The notes below the pieces were generated by a model that made no database searches, was not told the DNA's origin, and worked only from the letters and a program-made list of their open reading frames with translations. From positions 2,232,001 through 2,296,000 of the forward strand of contig OX597817.1 in NCBI GenBank assembly GCA_951406725.2: a DNA stretch of 64,000 bases, given 5' to 3'. Position numbers and translations under genes: made by a program. Numbering within the stretch: the first letter of the stretch is position 1; every line of letters begins with the position of its first letter. Positions 63,337 to 64,000 of this stretch are shown one piece after another. The stretch comes from Octopus vulgaris. Lineage: Eukaryota.

Positions 63337-63703
63337 TTGTTTCAGTCATTTGACTGCGGCTATGCTGGAGCACCGCCCTTAGCCGAAGAAATCGACCCCA
63401 GGACTCATTCCTTTTAAGCCTAGTAATTATTGTATCGGTCACATATGCCGAAACGCTAAGTTACGTGAATGTAAACACACCAGCATCACTTGTCAAGCGA
63501 TGATAGTGATGTGGTGGCGGTGGGGGACAAACACAGACACACATATATACGACAGGCTTCTTTCAGTTTCTGCCTACCAAATCCACTCACAAAAATTTTG
63601 TCGGCCCGAGGCTGTAGTAGAAGACACTTGCCCAAGGTCCCACGCAGTGGGACTGGATCCAGAACCATGTGGTTGGTAAGCAAGCTACTTACCACACAGC
63701 CAC
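63337..63703 (-). mobile_element. SINE family B, near full length
   Basis: Reverse complement matches 36103-36527 from head to the cagtcaaatgactgaaac tail. Confidence 0.9.
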
Positions 63704-63733
63704 TTTAATTTCTTACTTACAATCCTACATAGA

Positions 63734-63770
<37 letters not shown>

Positions 63771-64000
63771 AGACGCACACACACAAACACATACACACAC
63801 ATTCACACACGCATGTGCATCAATCTATCCCTCGAATGAGATGTACCGGAAGAAATTACATAATAGTTCGTACGATATCTTTATTAGCAATACTAGGTTC
63901 TGTAATTGCTACAAAATTAATCATCGAAGACTTTATTCATGTCGTCTGTTTCTTAGCATCGTACACTGCATTAAAGGACAACTTTATAATCGCCATTGCA

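Overview
AT-rich animal genomic DNA with no host protein-coding exon that I can support. The repeat landscape (dense TA/CA/TACA/TTA microsatellites, tRNA-headed SINEs, RTE and CR1 LINEs, many Penelope-like pieces) resembles a cephalopod such as Octopus, but that is inference. Most ORFs in the track are microsatellite artefacts. The real coding signal comes from transposon remnants: two mariners, a Tc1, MITEs, Helitron pieces, a near-intact 5'-truncated CR1-type LINE (50.2-52.9 kb), RTE and Tx1 LINEs, several Penelope-like elements (PLEs) and R4/Dong-like LINEs with a restriction-like endonuclease (RLE). Four observations stand out. (1) Related RLE LINEs end in different microsatellites: (TAA)n, (TACA)n and (TCAC)n. 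The TACA and TCAC types share a 3' UTR motif, suggesting a lineage that switched target. (2) Fold-back elements sit inside (TA)n tracts; two carry hammerhead-ribozyme motifs on both strands, including a ~1.1 kb palindrome. (3) One PLE terminal repeat combines a tRNA-like Pol III head with a decayed hammerhead. (4) The CR1 LINE and two SINE tails share a 3' stem-loop whose structure is kept although its sequence differs. All family assignments come from motif recognition by eye, not database searches, and element boundaries are approximate unless a TIR or TSD is cited.
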